Assembly (NCBI RefSeq): GCF_036321535.1
Contig: NC_087437.1
Location: 80,354,001-80,418,000, forward strand
Length of the DNA stretch: 64,000 bases
From: Camelus dromedarius
Taxonomy: Eukaryota
Direction: 5' to 3'
Position numbers and translations under genes: made by a program. Below, one piece after another: positions 12,470 through 25,485 of the stretch. The notes beneath the pieces were generated by a model. It worked only from the letters and a program-made list of their open reading frames with translations. It made no database searches and had not been told where the DNA came from. Each line of letters starts with the position of its first letter. The stretch's first letter is position 1.

Positions 12470-14005
12470 CAGCAGGTAAGCGGAGAAAGTGGAATCAAAC
12501 CCTTACATACAGGGAACCTCATCATTGTGTGCAGCTGACAAACTCACACCATCCTGTAACCACCACCACAGTCATACGTAGTTAGGTGACAAGTATGTCA
12601 AGACCACTCAAGAGGGAAAGGACTGTCTTTTTTAACAAATGGTGCTGGGAACTGGATATCCAAGTGCAGAAGAGTGAAGTTGACCTGGCCTCACATATAA
12701 AAATATACAAAAATTAACTCAAAATGGATCAAAGATCTCAATGTGAGACCTAAACAGTAAAACTCTTAGACGAAAACATAAGGTACAAACCTCCCAAGAT
12801 GGGATTTGGCAATGATTTCTTGACCATGACACTAAAGCAACAAAAAACAAAAGAAAAAAAATATATATAGACAAATTGGACTTCATCTAAACATTTTTTG
12901 TGCATCAGGCACAATCATCAGAGTAAAAAGGCAACCCCAGAATGGGAGAAAATACTTGCAAATCATACATCCGATAACAGATTAATATCCAGAATAAATC
13001 AAGTACTCCTAAAACTCAGTAACAGCAACAATAAAAAACTCAACCTGATTCAAAAATAAGCGAGGGAGGGCTGGGTGCAGCTCAGTGGTAGACCACACGC
13101 TTAGCATGCGTGAGGTCCTCAGTTCAATCCCCAGTACCTCCATTAAAATTTTTTTTAAAAAGCAAGAACTTAACATTTTTCCAAAGAAGATATACAAATG
13201 GCCAATAAGCACATGAAAACATGTTCAACATCACTAATCATCAGAGAAATGAAAATTAAAAGTATAACAAGATACCACCACACACACATGAAGATGGCTA
13301 CTTTCAAAAAAAAAAAAAAACCAGAAAGCAACAAGTTTTGGTGAGGATATGGAGAAATAGGAACACTTGTACACTGCTGGTGGGAATAAAATGATAACAG
13401 CTACTGTGGCAACAGCATGGTGGTTCCTCAAAAAATTAAAGACAGAATTACCATATGACCCAGCAATTCCATTTGAGTATTTACTCAAAAGAATTGAAAG
13501 CAGAGTCTTGAAGAGATATTTGTACAGTCACATCCACAGCTGCATTATTCACAATAGCTGAATCATGAAAGCAACAGAAGGATCCATGCACTGATGAATG
13601 GACGAGCAAAATGTGGCCTGGAAAAGTATTCAGCCTTAAAAAGGAAGGAAATTCTGACACAGGCTACAACACCGATGAAACTTGAAGATTTTATGCTAAG
13701 TGAAAAAAGGCAGTCACACAAGAACAAACATTGTATCATTTCCTATATATGAGGTACCGAGAGTAGTCAGGTTCATAGAGACAGAAGGTAGGGTGGTGCT
13801 GAGAGGAGTCGGGGTGGGGAGCTGGCATTTAAGGGACAGAGTTTCAATTTTACAAGATGAAAAGCATCTGAAGATGGATGGTGGTGATGGTTTCCCAATA
13901 CTATGAATGTATTTGCTATCACTGAACTCGACACTTAAAAATGATCAAGATGGTAAATTTTCTGTTATGTGTATTTTATCACAATAAAAACAAATTGGAA
14001 AAAAA
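12470..14005 (+). mobile_element. L1MB-like 3' fragment inserted in the MLT1 LTR
   Basis: ORF2 3' motifs (aacaaatggtgctgggaactgg, ttaccatatgacccagcaattcc) and L1MB-type 3' end aagatggtaaattttctgttatgtgtattttatcacaataaaaa; diverged flanking repeats aaaagaactcatatgatt / aaaagtaattgtatgatt. Confidence 0.82.
13066..13158 (+). mobile_element. tRNA-derived SINE, Vic-1-like (short form)
   Basis: cagctcagtggtagaccacacgcttagcatgcgtgaggtcctcagttcaatccccagtacctcc; homologous to 6226-6300. Confidence 0.85.
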
Positions 14006-17000
14006 AGTAATTGTATGATTAGTCAGGTCCACCTGTATAATCTCCCTATCTCAAGGTCAACTGTATTGTAAAACATAACATGGCAGAACATTAGAACGTA
14101 ACACAACAAAACGGTATCATCATATTCAGTGACGCCAAATATTAGAGCATGGGATCTTGGGGCATCATTTTTAAAATTCTCTCTACCACAATATGTTAGA
14201 AACTACACACAACTCCGTTGTTATCTTTTTAACTTAGTTTTCTTTTGAAATATTTAAGTAAGAAAAATATCGTATGTACCCATGTAGTTAGCACGTCCAG
14301 TGCTCTTCATTTCTTTGTGCAGCTCCGTATTTCCATCTGCTACCTTTTTCCTTCTGATTGAACAAGTTCTTTTAACATTTCTTTGTAGTGCAGCTCTGCT
14401 AATGATGACTTCTTGAGGCTTTTGTTTATGTCTAAAAATTCTTATTTCACCTCTGTTTCTCTAAGATATTTTTATGGGGTATACAATTCTCAGCGTCAGT
14501 TTTTCACTTGGGTACCCTTGCAAGATGTGGCGTATTCTCAACTGCATGGTTTCTAATGAAAAGTCTGTTACCATCATTATCTTTGTTTCTCTACACATAA
14601 TGTGTCATCTTTCACCACTTAAAAGATTTTCCCTACCATTTTACTTTTTAGCAATGTGACAGTGATGTGCCTTGGTATAGTTTTCTTCAAGCTGCTTGTG
14701 TTTGGGGTTTCAATGTACTTCTTGCATCTGTAGGCTTATAATTTTCACTAAATTTGGAAAACTCTCAACCACTATTTCTTCAAATACTTTTCTGTATTTT
14801 CCTTTTTCAGGAACTTGTGCTACAACTACAGTAAGCTGCTTTAAGCTGTTGCAAGGCTCACTGATGCTCTGCTCATTTTTGATTTCTTTTTTCTTGTGTT
14901 TTATTTTGAATTGTTTCTATTGTTATGTCTTCGAGTTTATTATTTTTTCTGCAATGTCTAAACTTCCATTAATTCTATCCATTGTATTTTCTTTCTTAGA
15001 CATATTAATTTTCATCTCTAGAAGTGGGCCTGGGACTTTTCTATGTCTTACATGTTATTTTATTGAACATATAGAATATAGGTATAATAACTATAACTGT
15101 AGTTTCATACCCATCTGCTAATTCTAACACCCATGCCAGTTATAGGTTTGTTCTGATTGATTTTCTCCTCATTATGAGTCATATTTCCCTGCTTCTTTGC
15201 ACGCCTGGTAATTTTTGATGGGATGCCAGGTATTATGAATTTTACCTTGTTGAATGCTGAATATTTTGGTACTCTGAAAGTACTTCTGAGCTTTGCTCTG
15301 CAATGCAGTTCAGTTACATAAGAACAGTTTGATTATTTTGGGTCTGGCTTTTAAACTTCGTTAGGCAGGACCAGAGCTGCGTTTATTCTAGGGCTGATTA
15401 TTTCTCACCATAGGAGCAACAGTCTTTGGGTACCCCACCTGTCCATGATGGCATTTTTCCAGTCTGTCTAGTGGGAACACACCATTCCTGGCCCTGCGTG
15501 AGAACCGGGCACTGTTCCGTCTACTTCTTTCCAGTGGGTTTTTTTTTTCCAACCCTGAATAATTTCTCAAAAGCAAATGCTGATCAGAAGTCAAATCAAT
15601 ACTTGATTGGGTCCCTCTGTAGCTCTGCAAACTAAATACCTGAAAACCCCTTGTACTTGCATTCTGAGGAATCCCAGAACTTTCCTCCCCTTGTCCGGTG
15701 TCTCAGCACCACACTGTCACTCGCCCCTCAGGCGCTCCCAGCAGCGTGTACGGCGCTTAACGTCACGGAGCGCTGTCTCCAAGTGGGCGCTGTGTCACCT
15801 CTGAAATTCTAAAAACTGCTAAAATCCAGAACTTAAAAGATTTTTGTTTTTATCTCATCAAGAACTTTTTGCAGTAAAATGTAGACGACAGATATGTCAG
15901 TCTTTTTCTCGAGGTCATGAGCATTCAGAACTTTCTAGAGTGTTAAGTCAATCTCTTTGCCGATTCTTTGCCCACATTCCAGTCCACTCAGGTGGTTCAA
16001 ATGACTTTTTGGATGGGCCTCTCCTACAAGACAAAAACAATTCAGAGTCCCATTCAGGGACCCAGGTATTTAATATTTAACAGGACAGAATGGTAACTTA
16101 GCTTCCTTTTTGGTAAAGTAAAAGATGTTAGCCCAGAAATGTGAATATTCCTAAACAATAATATCCTTGAATAACACTAGAAAGCATTGTTTCAGTTTGT
16201 TTTAATTTCTGGTAATTCTTTATCAGCATTGACTTGGAATACTGAAGCTTTTAGTTATTTACACTGTTGAGCATTTAATGACCTGTAAAGAAATTTCAGG
16301 AAATTAGCACTTGAAACAACCCAACAATTCCTTTGTAATCCCTTTACAAGGTGAGTGATGTCACCTCTAATTTCTCTTTTTACAAACAAGATGTTCAGGT
16401 ATTACTATCAAGCGTTCCATTCAGTAATGCAGAAGACTGAGTGACTTCTGCTGTCTCGGTGGTTTGTTTTGTTTCGGTGATGGAGAGGCACAGAAATCTC
16501 CTCAATGAGCAACCTCTTGAAGAGCCCTCTGTTCAACTGACTCCTGTCTTGCATCTTCACTTCCAGTTAAGTCTTTCAGTAGTTTCTTGGTTCTCAAAAC
16601 AAAACTACCAACACAACCGAAAAAAAACAGGTTGGGGGAAACTTCCTCCTTTCTTGAGATGCTATCCAGTGTCTCTCCTCCCTACCATCAGACTTTTTCT
16701 AATATTCACAGCCTCTACTCCCTCATTCCCTACTCATTCCAAACTCCTTATAATCTGGCCTTTGCGCTCTACTAATTTATCCCACGACAGTGTGGTCTGA
16801 AGCTAGACTATCAGAGGTATACTGCCCTGAAATGTTCAGACTTTATTTAACCCAGAAATTCTAACAGTGTCAGAGGCAGCAATACTGTTCAGAAATTTTT
16901 TTCCGAACATAGTTACAGTAAATGATAACTGAGACTCTAACCTAACCTCTAAACTAACCCACAAACTATTAAGTAACGCTCCCAAATTATTTTTTGTCAT

Positions 17001-17483
17001 GTTGGGGAAGAGGAAGAAGAATAGATAAGGGATTTTCTCTCTTGGATTCTTCGTGAGTTCAGAAGCTTAAGACATTAATTACACTACTCTCGCATGAAAC
17101 TGCTGACACCATTCTTTTGGTGCCCATGAACTTCCTCTTTCCTGTCATCATTTCCTCTTCAGAAGTTGTTTCCTATTACTGTCAATGCTTTCTTTTATAT
17201 AACAGTTATGTTTTTAAAAGGCAGCAAATGAGCTTGCCCAAGAGCTATCAAGTGGAAAATCAAATGTAGCAATGGCAAGTTTCATATGCAATACCCTCTT
17301 TCCCCCCGAAGTAAGAAATGAATATTGTCTTACCAGCAATATTGGTTTTAATGACTGCTGAGAGGGAGAGATTTAACAGGGAATTATATAGCAGTCCAGA
17401 GAATGCCCATCTAGATCCTACTGAACTGTTCAGATGGCAGAAGGTAATTCTTTAGGAAATAGAGTCAGCAAGCCGGCTAGAAT

Positions 17484-18276
17484 ACTAATCATCAGAAAAA
17501 TGCAAGTCCAAACCACATGAGATATTACCTTGCACCTGTCAGAATGGCAATCATCAAAAAGATAAGAAATAATTAGTGTTGGCAACAACGTGGAGAAAAG
17601 GGAACCCTCCTGCTCTATTGGTAGAAATATAAATTGGCGCAGCCACTTGTAAAACAGTATGGAGGTTCCCAAAAAATCTAAAATAGAATTACCATATGAT
17701 CCAGCAATTTCACTTCTGGGTATTTATCCAAAGAAAACAAAAACACTAACTCAAAAAGATATCTGCACCTCCATTTTCCCTGTAGCATTATTTACAACAG
17801 CCAAGACATGAAAGCAACCTAAGTGTGCATAGATGGATGACTAGATAAGGAAAATGTGATATATACTGGAATATTATTCAGCCATATAAAAAGGAAATCC
17901 TGCCCTTCGTGACAACATGGATGGACCTTGAGGGAATTATGCTAAGTGAAATGAGTCAGACAGAGAAAGACAAATACTATATGATCTTACTTATATGTGG
18001 AATCTAAAAAAACAAACAACAACCACCAAAAAAAACCAACAAAAAAAAACTCATACAGATAACAGATTAGTTCACAGTTGCCAGAGGCAAGGGATAGATC
18101 TTAATAGTTAAAACCACAAGAAAAAAAGAAAAATTGTAGCTGATTAAGGTGATGAATGTCAACTAGTCAATATGGTGATCATTTCACAACATGTAAATAT
18201 ATTGAATAATTATGCTGCATACCTGAATCTAATATAATACTGTATGTCAATTATATAAACCAAATAAAAATAATAA
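17484..18276 (+). mobile_element. L1MA-like 3' fragment
   Basis: actaatcatcagaaaaatgcaagtc...gacaacatggatggaccttgaggg...tatgtcaattatata plus A-rich tail. Confidence 0.85.
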
Positions 18277-19380
18277 ACCTAGAATGTATAGATTTATGAG
18301 CCATGGCTTCTTAGAGAATGTCACTTACACCAGGGTATAAAATGGAGATGTATCATAGAATAAATACTCCCACTATATGAGATAATGTCTCAGTACCTCA
18401 CTTGGAGGTCTTATCTACTCTGAACTAGAGAGCATGTGTCTGATGTAGAAAAGAAAAATCTGAGAGCTGCCCTTAGCATCTTAGGTTTCCTGTTGCTTTG
18501 TCTGAGCCTCTTCATTACCTCTGTACTTGAAATTATCAGTAAAACTTGACACTGGCTAATAGCTCTGATTCTTGTGAGCTGCTTGACAATCTAACCCTTT
18601 GTTTTAGCTAACACTCCCAAGAAAGAAGAGTCCTTTGCTTGCCAGCATCCGTAGTAGAGCAGAAGGAAAGCAAGAGGCTTCCTTAGACAGAGGGGAGAAA
18701 AAAGCAGTTGAACTTTTAATAAAGTTTTAATGCTGATGATCTCAAATCCCTAAAATCCAGAAACAAAGAGAGTCTGCACACAACTGCCAACTCTTATCCA
18801 TAGGCCTTCACCATGTGCTCACAAGAAAGACTGGAGTTGGATCAGAGGAACTGAGAAAGAATGCTCTGCGGTTCAGGCATCAGAGACATGGGTGTCTGAG
18901 CGGAGAGCAGAAAAACTAAGCGGAACCCCTTCATTCACTCTAGGCCTTTAATAAGTGTGAAGAAGGGGTCACCTAGAGCTGGGATGGGGCAAAAGAGCTG
19001 AGAGAAATCCTGGGAGGTTCAAGCACGTGAGGCCTGCTGAAGTCTGAGAACAGAATAGGAGAATGGAAAGAAACCTCCCAGGAACTCTAGCCCTTCTGCT
19101 GCGTAGAAAGAAGGTAACAGGAGTGGACAGCTGCAGGAAGGGCAGGCCAGCTGAGAGGGACCCCCTCTCGGATGCCAGGGCTGAAGGTCGCTCTGGGCCT
19201 CAGCAGCAGCCGCCTGTGGTTGAGGACAACAATATAACTGAGAGAGATTTCCTGGCAGGCAGGCATGTGAGGCTCCCGAATGCTAAGGGCAAGGAAAGCT
19301 CCAGACACAGAGATCCCAAGCCTGCTATGGGAAAGACTGTAAACTCACCTTCAAATAATCTGAAGCCATTGGCGAACTAT

Positions 19381-19720
19381 ACCAAACTCTCACCAATACT
19401 TGGCGATTGTCAACCTTTTTGACTTTGGCCATCTACAGTGGTCTCTCACTGAAGTTCATCATTTGATTTTCTGTGATAAATACTAGCATTAAGCACCATT
19501 ATTTGTGTTTTGGCTGTATTGATATCCTTTTATGTAAAGTGCCTGTTTAGTTCTCTGTTTTAACTGGATTATTTGCTTTTATCTTATTGATTTGTAGGAG
19601 TTATTTCTATATTATCAATACAAGTCATTTGCCAGATGTGTGCATTGCTGATGTTTTTGAATTCTGTGGCTTGACTGTTTTTGGTGTCTTTTGATGAACT
19701 AGGTTCTGAAATTTTATAAA
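19381..19720 (-). mobile_element. Old L1 fragment (antisense) inside the host L1
   Basis: ctcaccaatacttggcgattgtcaaccttttt...ttgatttgtaggagttatttctatatt...gtgtcttttgatgaac. Confidence 0.6.
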
Positions 19721-19962
19721 TCTCAGTCTCAGTGTTAAAAAAAAAAAATCCAACTGAAGTAACCACTAAATCCAAAGCCAGATCAACCATAGACTAGATA
19801 ACTCAGTCTCCTAGTGGCCTGACAAAAGAAAACGTGACTTTTATAGGCAAAAATATTATTTACTTCAAGATCTAATGTTCTTTATACTCAGAGTCTAAAA
19901 TTCAGTTGGAAATTATGAGACACACAAAAAAAGCAAGGTCATGTAACCTATCCCTAGGAAAG

Positions 19963-20347
19963 TGTTATGAATTGAATTGTGTCCTCCCCCTTAAAAAAAA
20001 TTCTGTATTGACGTCCTAACCTCCAATGTGATTGTATTTGGAGGGAGGACCTTTAAGAAAGAATTAAGGTTAAGTGAGGTCATAATGGTGGGGCCCTAAT
20101 CTTGTAAGACTGGTGTCCTCATAAGAGGCGAGACACCAGAGACCTTACTCTCTCTCAGCGCATACAGAGAGGAAAGGCCGTATGAGAACACTATGAGAAG
20201 GTGGCCATCTGCAAACAAGGAAGGGAAGACTCACCAGAAACCAGCCTGCTTGAACTTGGGCTTCCAGCCTCCAGAACTGTGAGAAAATAAATGTCTGTTT
20301 AAGTCACCAGTCTGTGGCTTGTTATTGCAGCTGAGCTGACTAATTCA
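19963..20347 (+). mobile_element. MaLR solo LTR (MLT1A-like)
   Basis: TG...CA ends, gtgattgtatttggag, cttccagcctccagaactgtgagaaaataaat; 5-bp TSD gaaag / gagag. Confidence 0.9.
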
Positions 20348-20557
20348 GAGAGAAAACATTCAATAAAACCAGATCCAAATATAAATCAGAGACTATAATT
20401 ATTAGACAGGGATTTTAAAGTAACTATAATGAACATATTAAAGGATCTAATGAAAAAGGAGACCAACATATGTGCACAGATGAGGAATTTCAAAAGAGAA
20501 ATGGAAACTATATAAAAAGCTAATGGAAATACTAGAAATAAAAAAATAAAATTAGAA

Positions 20558-21663
20558 TAAACAAAATAAAAAGACAACCTATGGAATGAGAAAAAATACT
20601 TGCAAACAATGAGACTCACAAGAGATTAATTTCCAAAATATACAAATAGCTCATACAGTTTAATACCAAAAAAAAAAAGCCCAATCAAAAAATTAGCAAA
20701 AGACCTAAATACACATTTCTCCAAAGAAGACATACAGACAGCCAACAGGCACATGAAAAGATGCTCAACATTCCTAACTATTAGAGAAATGCAAATCAAA
20801 ACTATAATGAGTTATCACCTCACATCAGTCAGAATGGCTATCATTTTAAAAATCTACAAATAATAAATGCTGGAGAGGGTGTACAGAAAAAGAAACCCTC
20901 CTATACTGTAAGTGGGAATGTAAATTGGTGCAGCCACTATGGAAAATAGTTAGAAGGGTCCTTAAGAAACAAAGCAGAGTTACCATATGATCCAGCAATA
21001 TCACTTTTGGGCATATATCCATATAAAACTATAACTTGAAAAGATACATGCACCCCAGTGTTCATAGCAGCACTGTTTACAATAGCTAGAACATGGAAGC
21101 AACCTAAAGGTCCATCAACAGATGAATGGATAAAGAAGATGTGGTATGTATATGCAATGGAATATTACTCAGCCATAAAAAAGAATGAAATAACGCCATT
21201 TGCAGCAACATGGATGGACCTAGAGATTATCACACTAAGTGAAGTAAGTCAGACAGAGAAAGACAAATATGATATCACTTATATGTGGAATCTTGTTATT
21301 TAAAAAATGACACAAATGAACTTATTTACAAACCAGAAGTAGATTCACAGACACAGAAAACAAAACTATAGTTACCAAAGGAGAAAGGGGTTGGGGGAAG
21401 AGATAAATTAGGAGTTGGAGATTAACAATACACACTACTATATATAAGATAGATAAACAAAAAGGACCTACTATATAGCACAGAGAACTGTATTCAATTT
21501 CTTGTAATAACCTATAATGGAAAAGAATATAAAAAAGAACATATATGTGTGTGTGTTTGTGTGTATTTATATAATTGAGTCACTTTGCTGTACATCTGAA
21601 ACTGACAACATTGTAAATCAACTATACTTCAACTTCAAAAATTAAAAAAAAATAATAAAAAAT
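20558..21663 (+). mobile_element. Cetartiodactyl-type L1 3' fragment
   Basis: ORF 21058-21303 ([17 protein letters not shown]...) and typical 3'UTR; perfect 15-bp TSD aaaataaaattagaa at 20543-20557 / 21664-21678. Confidence 0.9.
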
Positions 21664-22962
21664 AAAATAAAATTAGAAAAATAAAGATATTTTTCAATGG
21701 GCTCACCAGCAGACTGGAGATACAAGAAGAAAAAAACCACTGAACTGAAATTAATTATTAAAAGTAAATCATGAAGAGAAAAAAAGAAAGTAAATAAAGA
21801 AGAGACAGTATCCAGGAATTGTGTGGCAATAGCAATTGTTCTCACATGGAAATAACTGGAGTCTCAGAAGAAGGAATAAAGAGGAAGTCAGAAAAATATT
21901 TAAAGAGATATGGCTGAGAATTTTTGTTTAATTGATGAAAGGAATTAACTCTCAGATTTAAGAATCTCAGTGGACTCAAGCACAATAAACAAAACAAAAC
22001 TACACATAATTACATCATAGTCAAATTGCTGAAAAACAAAGATAAGCAGAAAACCTTGAAAGTAACAAAAGAAATAGGACATTACGTAAAAGGGAACAAT
22101 AAGAAGAATGACTGACTTCTCATCCAAAATAACAGAATCCAGAGGACAATGGAACATTTTTTAAATGCTGAAAGAAATAAGTTAATTTAGCATTTTATAA
22201 CCACAAAAACTAGTCACCAAAAAAGAAAGTAAAATAAAGACATTTTCTGACACACAAAAGTTGAAAGAATGAATCCCCAGCACACCTGAGTTTTACAAGA
22301 TATGCTAAAAGCAGATACTGGTAGGCTGAAAGGAAATGATTCCAGATAGAAATCTAGTTCTGCAAGAAGAAACAAGAAACACCCAAAAAAAAAGCAAATA
22401 CAATGGAAAACATAGGACTTTTTAAAATATTATTCATACATTTTTAAATCTCTTTAAAATACTACTGATTGTTAAAAATAATACTCCATTGTAGAGTTTA
22501 TTGTCTATGCAGAAATAAAATATATAACAAGAAAAGCAAAATAGGCAGGAGTGAAAATTGTAAGGTTTTTATAAAGTTTGTGAAGCAGAAGACATTTTTC
22601 AAAACTTTGGCAGTAATAAAAAGTCAGTAGCAGAGGTGAAATGGAATCCTAAAGATAACTTAGGAGAAGAGACACAAAAGGAGAAAGAGAAGAAAATAGA
22701 GCATAAAAGGAAAATAGAAAACAAACACAAGATAATAGAATTAAGTCCAACATATTAATAATGACATTAACAGTAAATAAACTTTGAACCCTGATTAAAA
22801 AGCAAGGATGTCAGAATGGGCAAAAATATAAGAAAAAACTATATGCTGTTTAAAATAAACATCTTTAAAAATAGACAAGTTGAAGATAAAAGGATGGAAA
22901 AGATATAACTAACAATAGACATAAGACAAATCTACAATCTTAATTGGAGACTTCAAAATCCC

Positions 22963-23650
22963 TGTGTCAATTTGTACTGTGTTGACATAGCTAAACCAGT
23001 GTTACCCAGAACTCCCTTTTCTGTGTGGTTTCAACTCCGCATTGGCCACAGGAGAAATCTGAGTAAGATTTAGGGGGAAAAAGGGAAGCAACAACCATTA
23101 CACTCTGAGGGCTGATGTAGAGCACTAAGTACCCTTGAAGCTCAAACACTGTCCCTGGTCTGTTGGCTCATCTTGTGTTCATGGAACAGCAACACGTCCT
23201 GCGATATCTGGAGCTCCCACTGGATCTTCTGTTTTACCTCCTCTGAGTCCTGGACTATATGCATGTGCACCTCTGTGGTGAAGGGTGTCAGTTCCTTCTG
23301 TTGGTGACTCACTTTTTCAAGATTAGAGGAAGTAAAGAGATGCAAGATCCAGTTTGTCCTCACTAGTCCCAGTTTGTCCTTGCTCTTCTCTGCTTCACGT
23401 TCAGCTTGTATTTCTCACTATCAGCCCTGATCAATAGTGTCTTCAGACCTGCCACCAGAAAGAGAAGCAACAACATTCTACAGACTTCCTCACCAGCTCT
23501 TAAAATTGCTTAAGTTCCTAAAAACTGCTCTAAAAGTAAAGTCTACTTTCTAAAAGTTGCATTAGGTCTAATTACCTCATTCCATGTCACTTATAATCTT
23601 TCTAATAGAAGTGAAGATACTAAAATCTAACAGAGGATGTTCTCTGCTGA
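22963..23650 (+). mobile_element. ERVL-class solo LTR (MLT2F/LTR52-like)
   Basis: tgtgtcaatttgtactgtgttgacatagctaaacc...cccagaactccctttt...ttggccacaggagaaat start motif; interrupts host L1 ORF2; 3' end approximate. Confidence 0.6.
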
Positions 23651-23950
23651 CATCAGTATTAAATTAGAAATCAGTAAAAATAAGATTATTTAAAATTCTA
23701 AGGCTATTTAAAAATTAACATGCAAATCAACAAGGTCAAGGGTTTGTTTTTTTAAGATTAACAAAATTGATAAATATCTAGCAAGAGTAATTAAGAAAAA
23801 GAAGTAAGATATAATTTCCAAATATCAGAAAAGGAAGTATATTACTACAGATCCTACAGATATTAAAAAGAATAAGAAGAGGTTATTTTGAAGAACATTT
23901 GCCAATAAATGTGACAACTTACATGAAATACATACATTTCTTGAAAAATA

Positions 23951-24581
23951 GTTCACATGCCTGACATTAAGCTTTTAATTGTAATGTAAGTGCGTGACAT
24001 CAAGCTTTTGATTGTGAGGCATCTATTTCAAAGATATCCATCTCAAATAAACATATTGCCAGCTGTATGACACAGCAAAGCAACTAGATAAGGAACCAGG
24101 CCACTCCTACTCATGAAATGCCAATTTTAGAAAGCCCTAGTTTACCTAGGTAACTGACTGCTTAAGTAACTCCCACTTCTCCCCTCACACACATGAATTC
24201 CCGTTCTCATGCTTTAAATTCACCAATAAAGAGTGAACTCAGGAAGCCGCAGACACCTTACTCTCAGACCCTGATGAAGACAGAGTTCCAGGTTCCCCCC
24301 CTTCCCCCACTAAGACCTTGCTGTGGGGCCCTCAGGCATGCTGTGTACCCTCAAGGACCTGTGAATAATAAATCTTGTTCTCTTGTTTCTGCTAAAGTAC
24401 ATCCTGTGATCATAATAAGAATCACAAAAGCCAGCCCAGCCACAGCATTGGCCCAGCCTCACGACTAGAGTGAGGGGCGTGTTCTTCGAATGAGGGCAGG
24501 GAGGGTTCTACAAGGCTGGGGCAGTTCCCCAGGCAGTCCTAGCCAACAACATCACTGTCAATATGCTCGCAGGACACAGCA
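23951..24581 (+). mobile_element. LTR-like insertion (probably ERV1 solo LTR, family unassigned)
   Basis: Splits host L1 sequence ttgaaaaata|caacttaccaaaactgac; contains an aataaa signal near 24367 and ends in CA. Confidence 0.6.
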
Positions 24582-25020
24582 ATACAACTTACCAAAACTG
24601 ACAAAACAAACAGAAAATCTGAACAGCCTTATATCTGTTTTTTTTCTTTAATATCAAAATTTTAAATTAAAAACTGTTAGCGCCCAAATAGCTTCAATGG
24701 TGAATTCTATCAAACACCTAGTAAGAAAAGAATGCCAATTCTACAAAAATTCTTTCAAAAACTAGAAGAGGGAAGGAACAGTTTCCAAGTCACCACATGA
24801 AGACAGCATAATCTTAACAACAAAATAAGACAAGGATTATATAAGGAGATGAAAGTTGGAAGACCAACTTCCCTCAATAGTCCAGATTTTTAAAAATAGT
24901 AATAAAATATCAGCAAATCAATTACAGCATTATATTTAAAAATGCATCACAATCAAGTAAGATTTATCCCAGGAAAACAAGGTTGATTCAACATACCAGG
25001 ACAAACAATACAATTCACTA

Positions 25021-25485
25021 TGAGACAGGAGGGAAGGAAGCAGGGCGTAGTCATTAAAAGAATGACACAGCTTTTGAGGATAAACTGGTTAGAACCAACT
25101 CAGCCTAAGACAGATGACTGGACTTCCAGTAGACCTTGAGCCTCATTCCAGGCTCACTGTAATACACCAGCATGCTAAATGACACACCCACAGGCACCAT
25201 GACAGTTGCCAGGCTGATCATAAAAGGCCAAAAAGTAGGCGGGGTCCAATTCCTGGAAATTCCCACCCCTTCCCCCAAACAGTTCGAATAATCCTCCCAC
25301 TTGTTAGCATATGAAATTACCCAGCTCATAAAAACTAACAATCACGTTACCTGGGGCTGCCTCTCTGGCCTTCTGAGACTCTGTCTATGGAGTGTGAATC
25401 TCTCTAAATAAACTTGCTTTCACTTTATTCTGGCTTGCTCTTAAAGTCTTTCCCTTGTGAGACAAGAGCCTATTCTCTGGCAACA
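25021..25485 (+). mobile_element. MER41-like ERV1 solo LTR
   Basis: TG...CA ends, perfect 4-bp TSD acta (25017-25020 / 25486-25489); MER41-like motifs gacacacccacaggcaccatgacagtt, gaataatcctcccacttgttagcatat, ctgtctatggagt, aataaacttgctttcacttta. Confidence 0.85.
25250..25264 (+). promoter_or_regulatory. GAS motif TTCCTGGAA overlapping kB motif GGAAATTCCC
   Basis: Exact sequence ttcctggaaattccc inside the MER41-like LTR; motif match only, function untested. Confidence 0.45.

Larger units (their letters stand above)
12037..14190 (-). mobile_element. MaLR LTR (MLT1 family) split in two (12037-~12466 and ~14010-14190)
   Basis: Begins tatattagttttctag...ataacaaattac, ends attctctctaccaca; 5-bp TSD ataag / atatg. 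Confidence 0.8.
8485..15690 (-). mobile_element. Old L1 (L1MC/MD-like) host element, fragmented and internally deleted
   Basis: ORF2 3' part 9705-10900; endonuclease part (11351-11614 ILITDKVDFRAKTITWNKEGHYIIIK); ORF1/5' region 14191-15690; interrupted by a young L1, an MLT1 LTR, an L1MB-like element and a SINE. Confidence 0.75.

Noticed and set aside
16420..16480. Minus-strand peptide NHRDSRSHSVF resembling kinesin switch I (NxxSSRSH)
   Set aside because: Imperfect motif, stop codon a few residues later, no P-loop upstream or DLAGSE downstream
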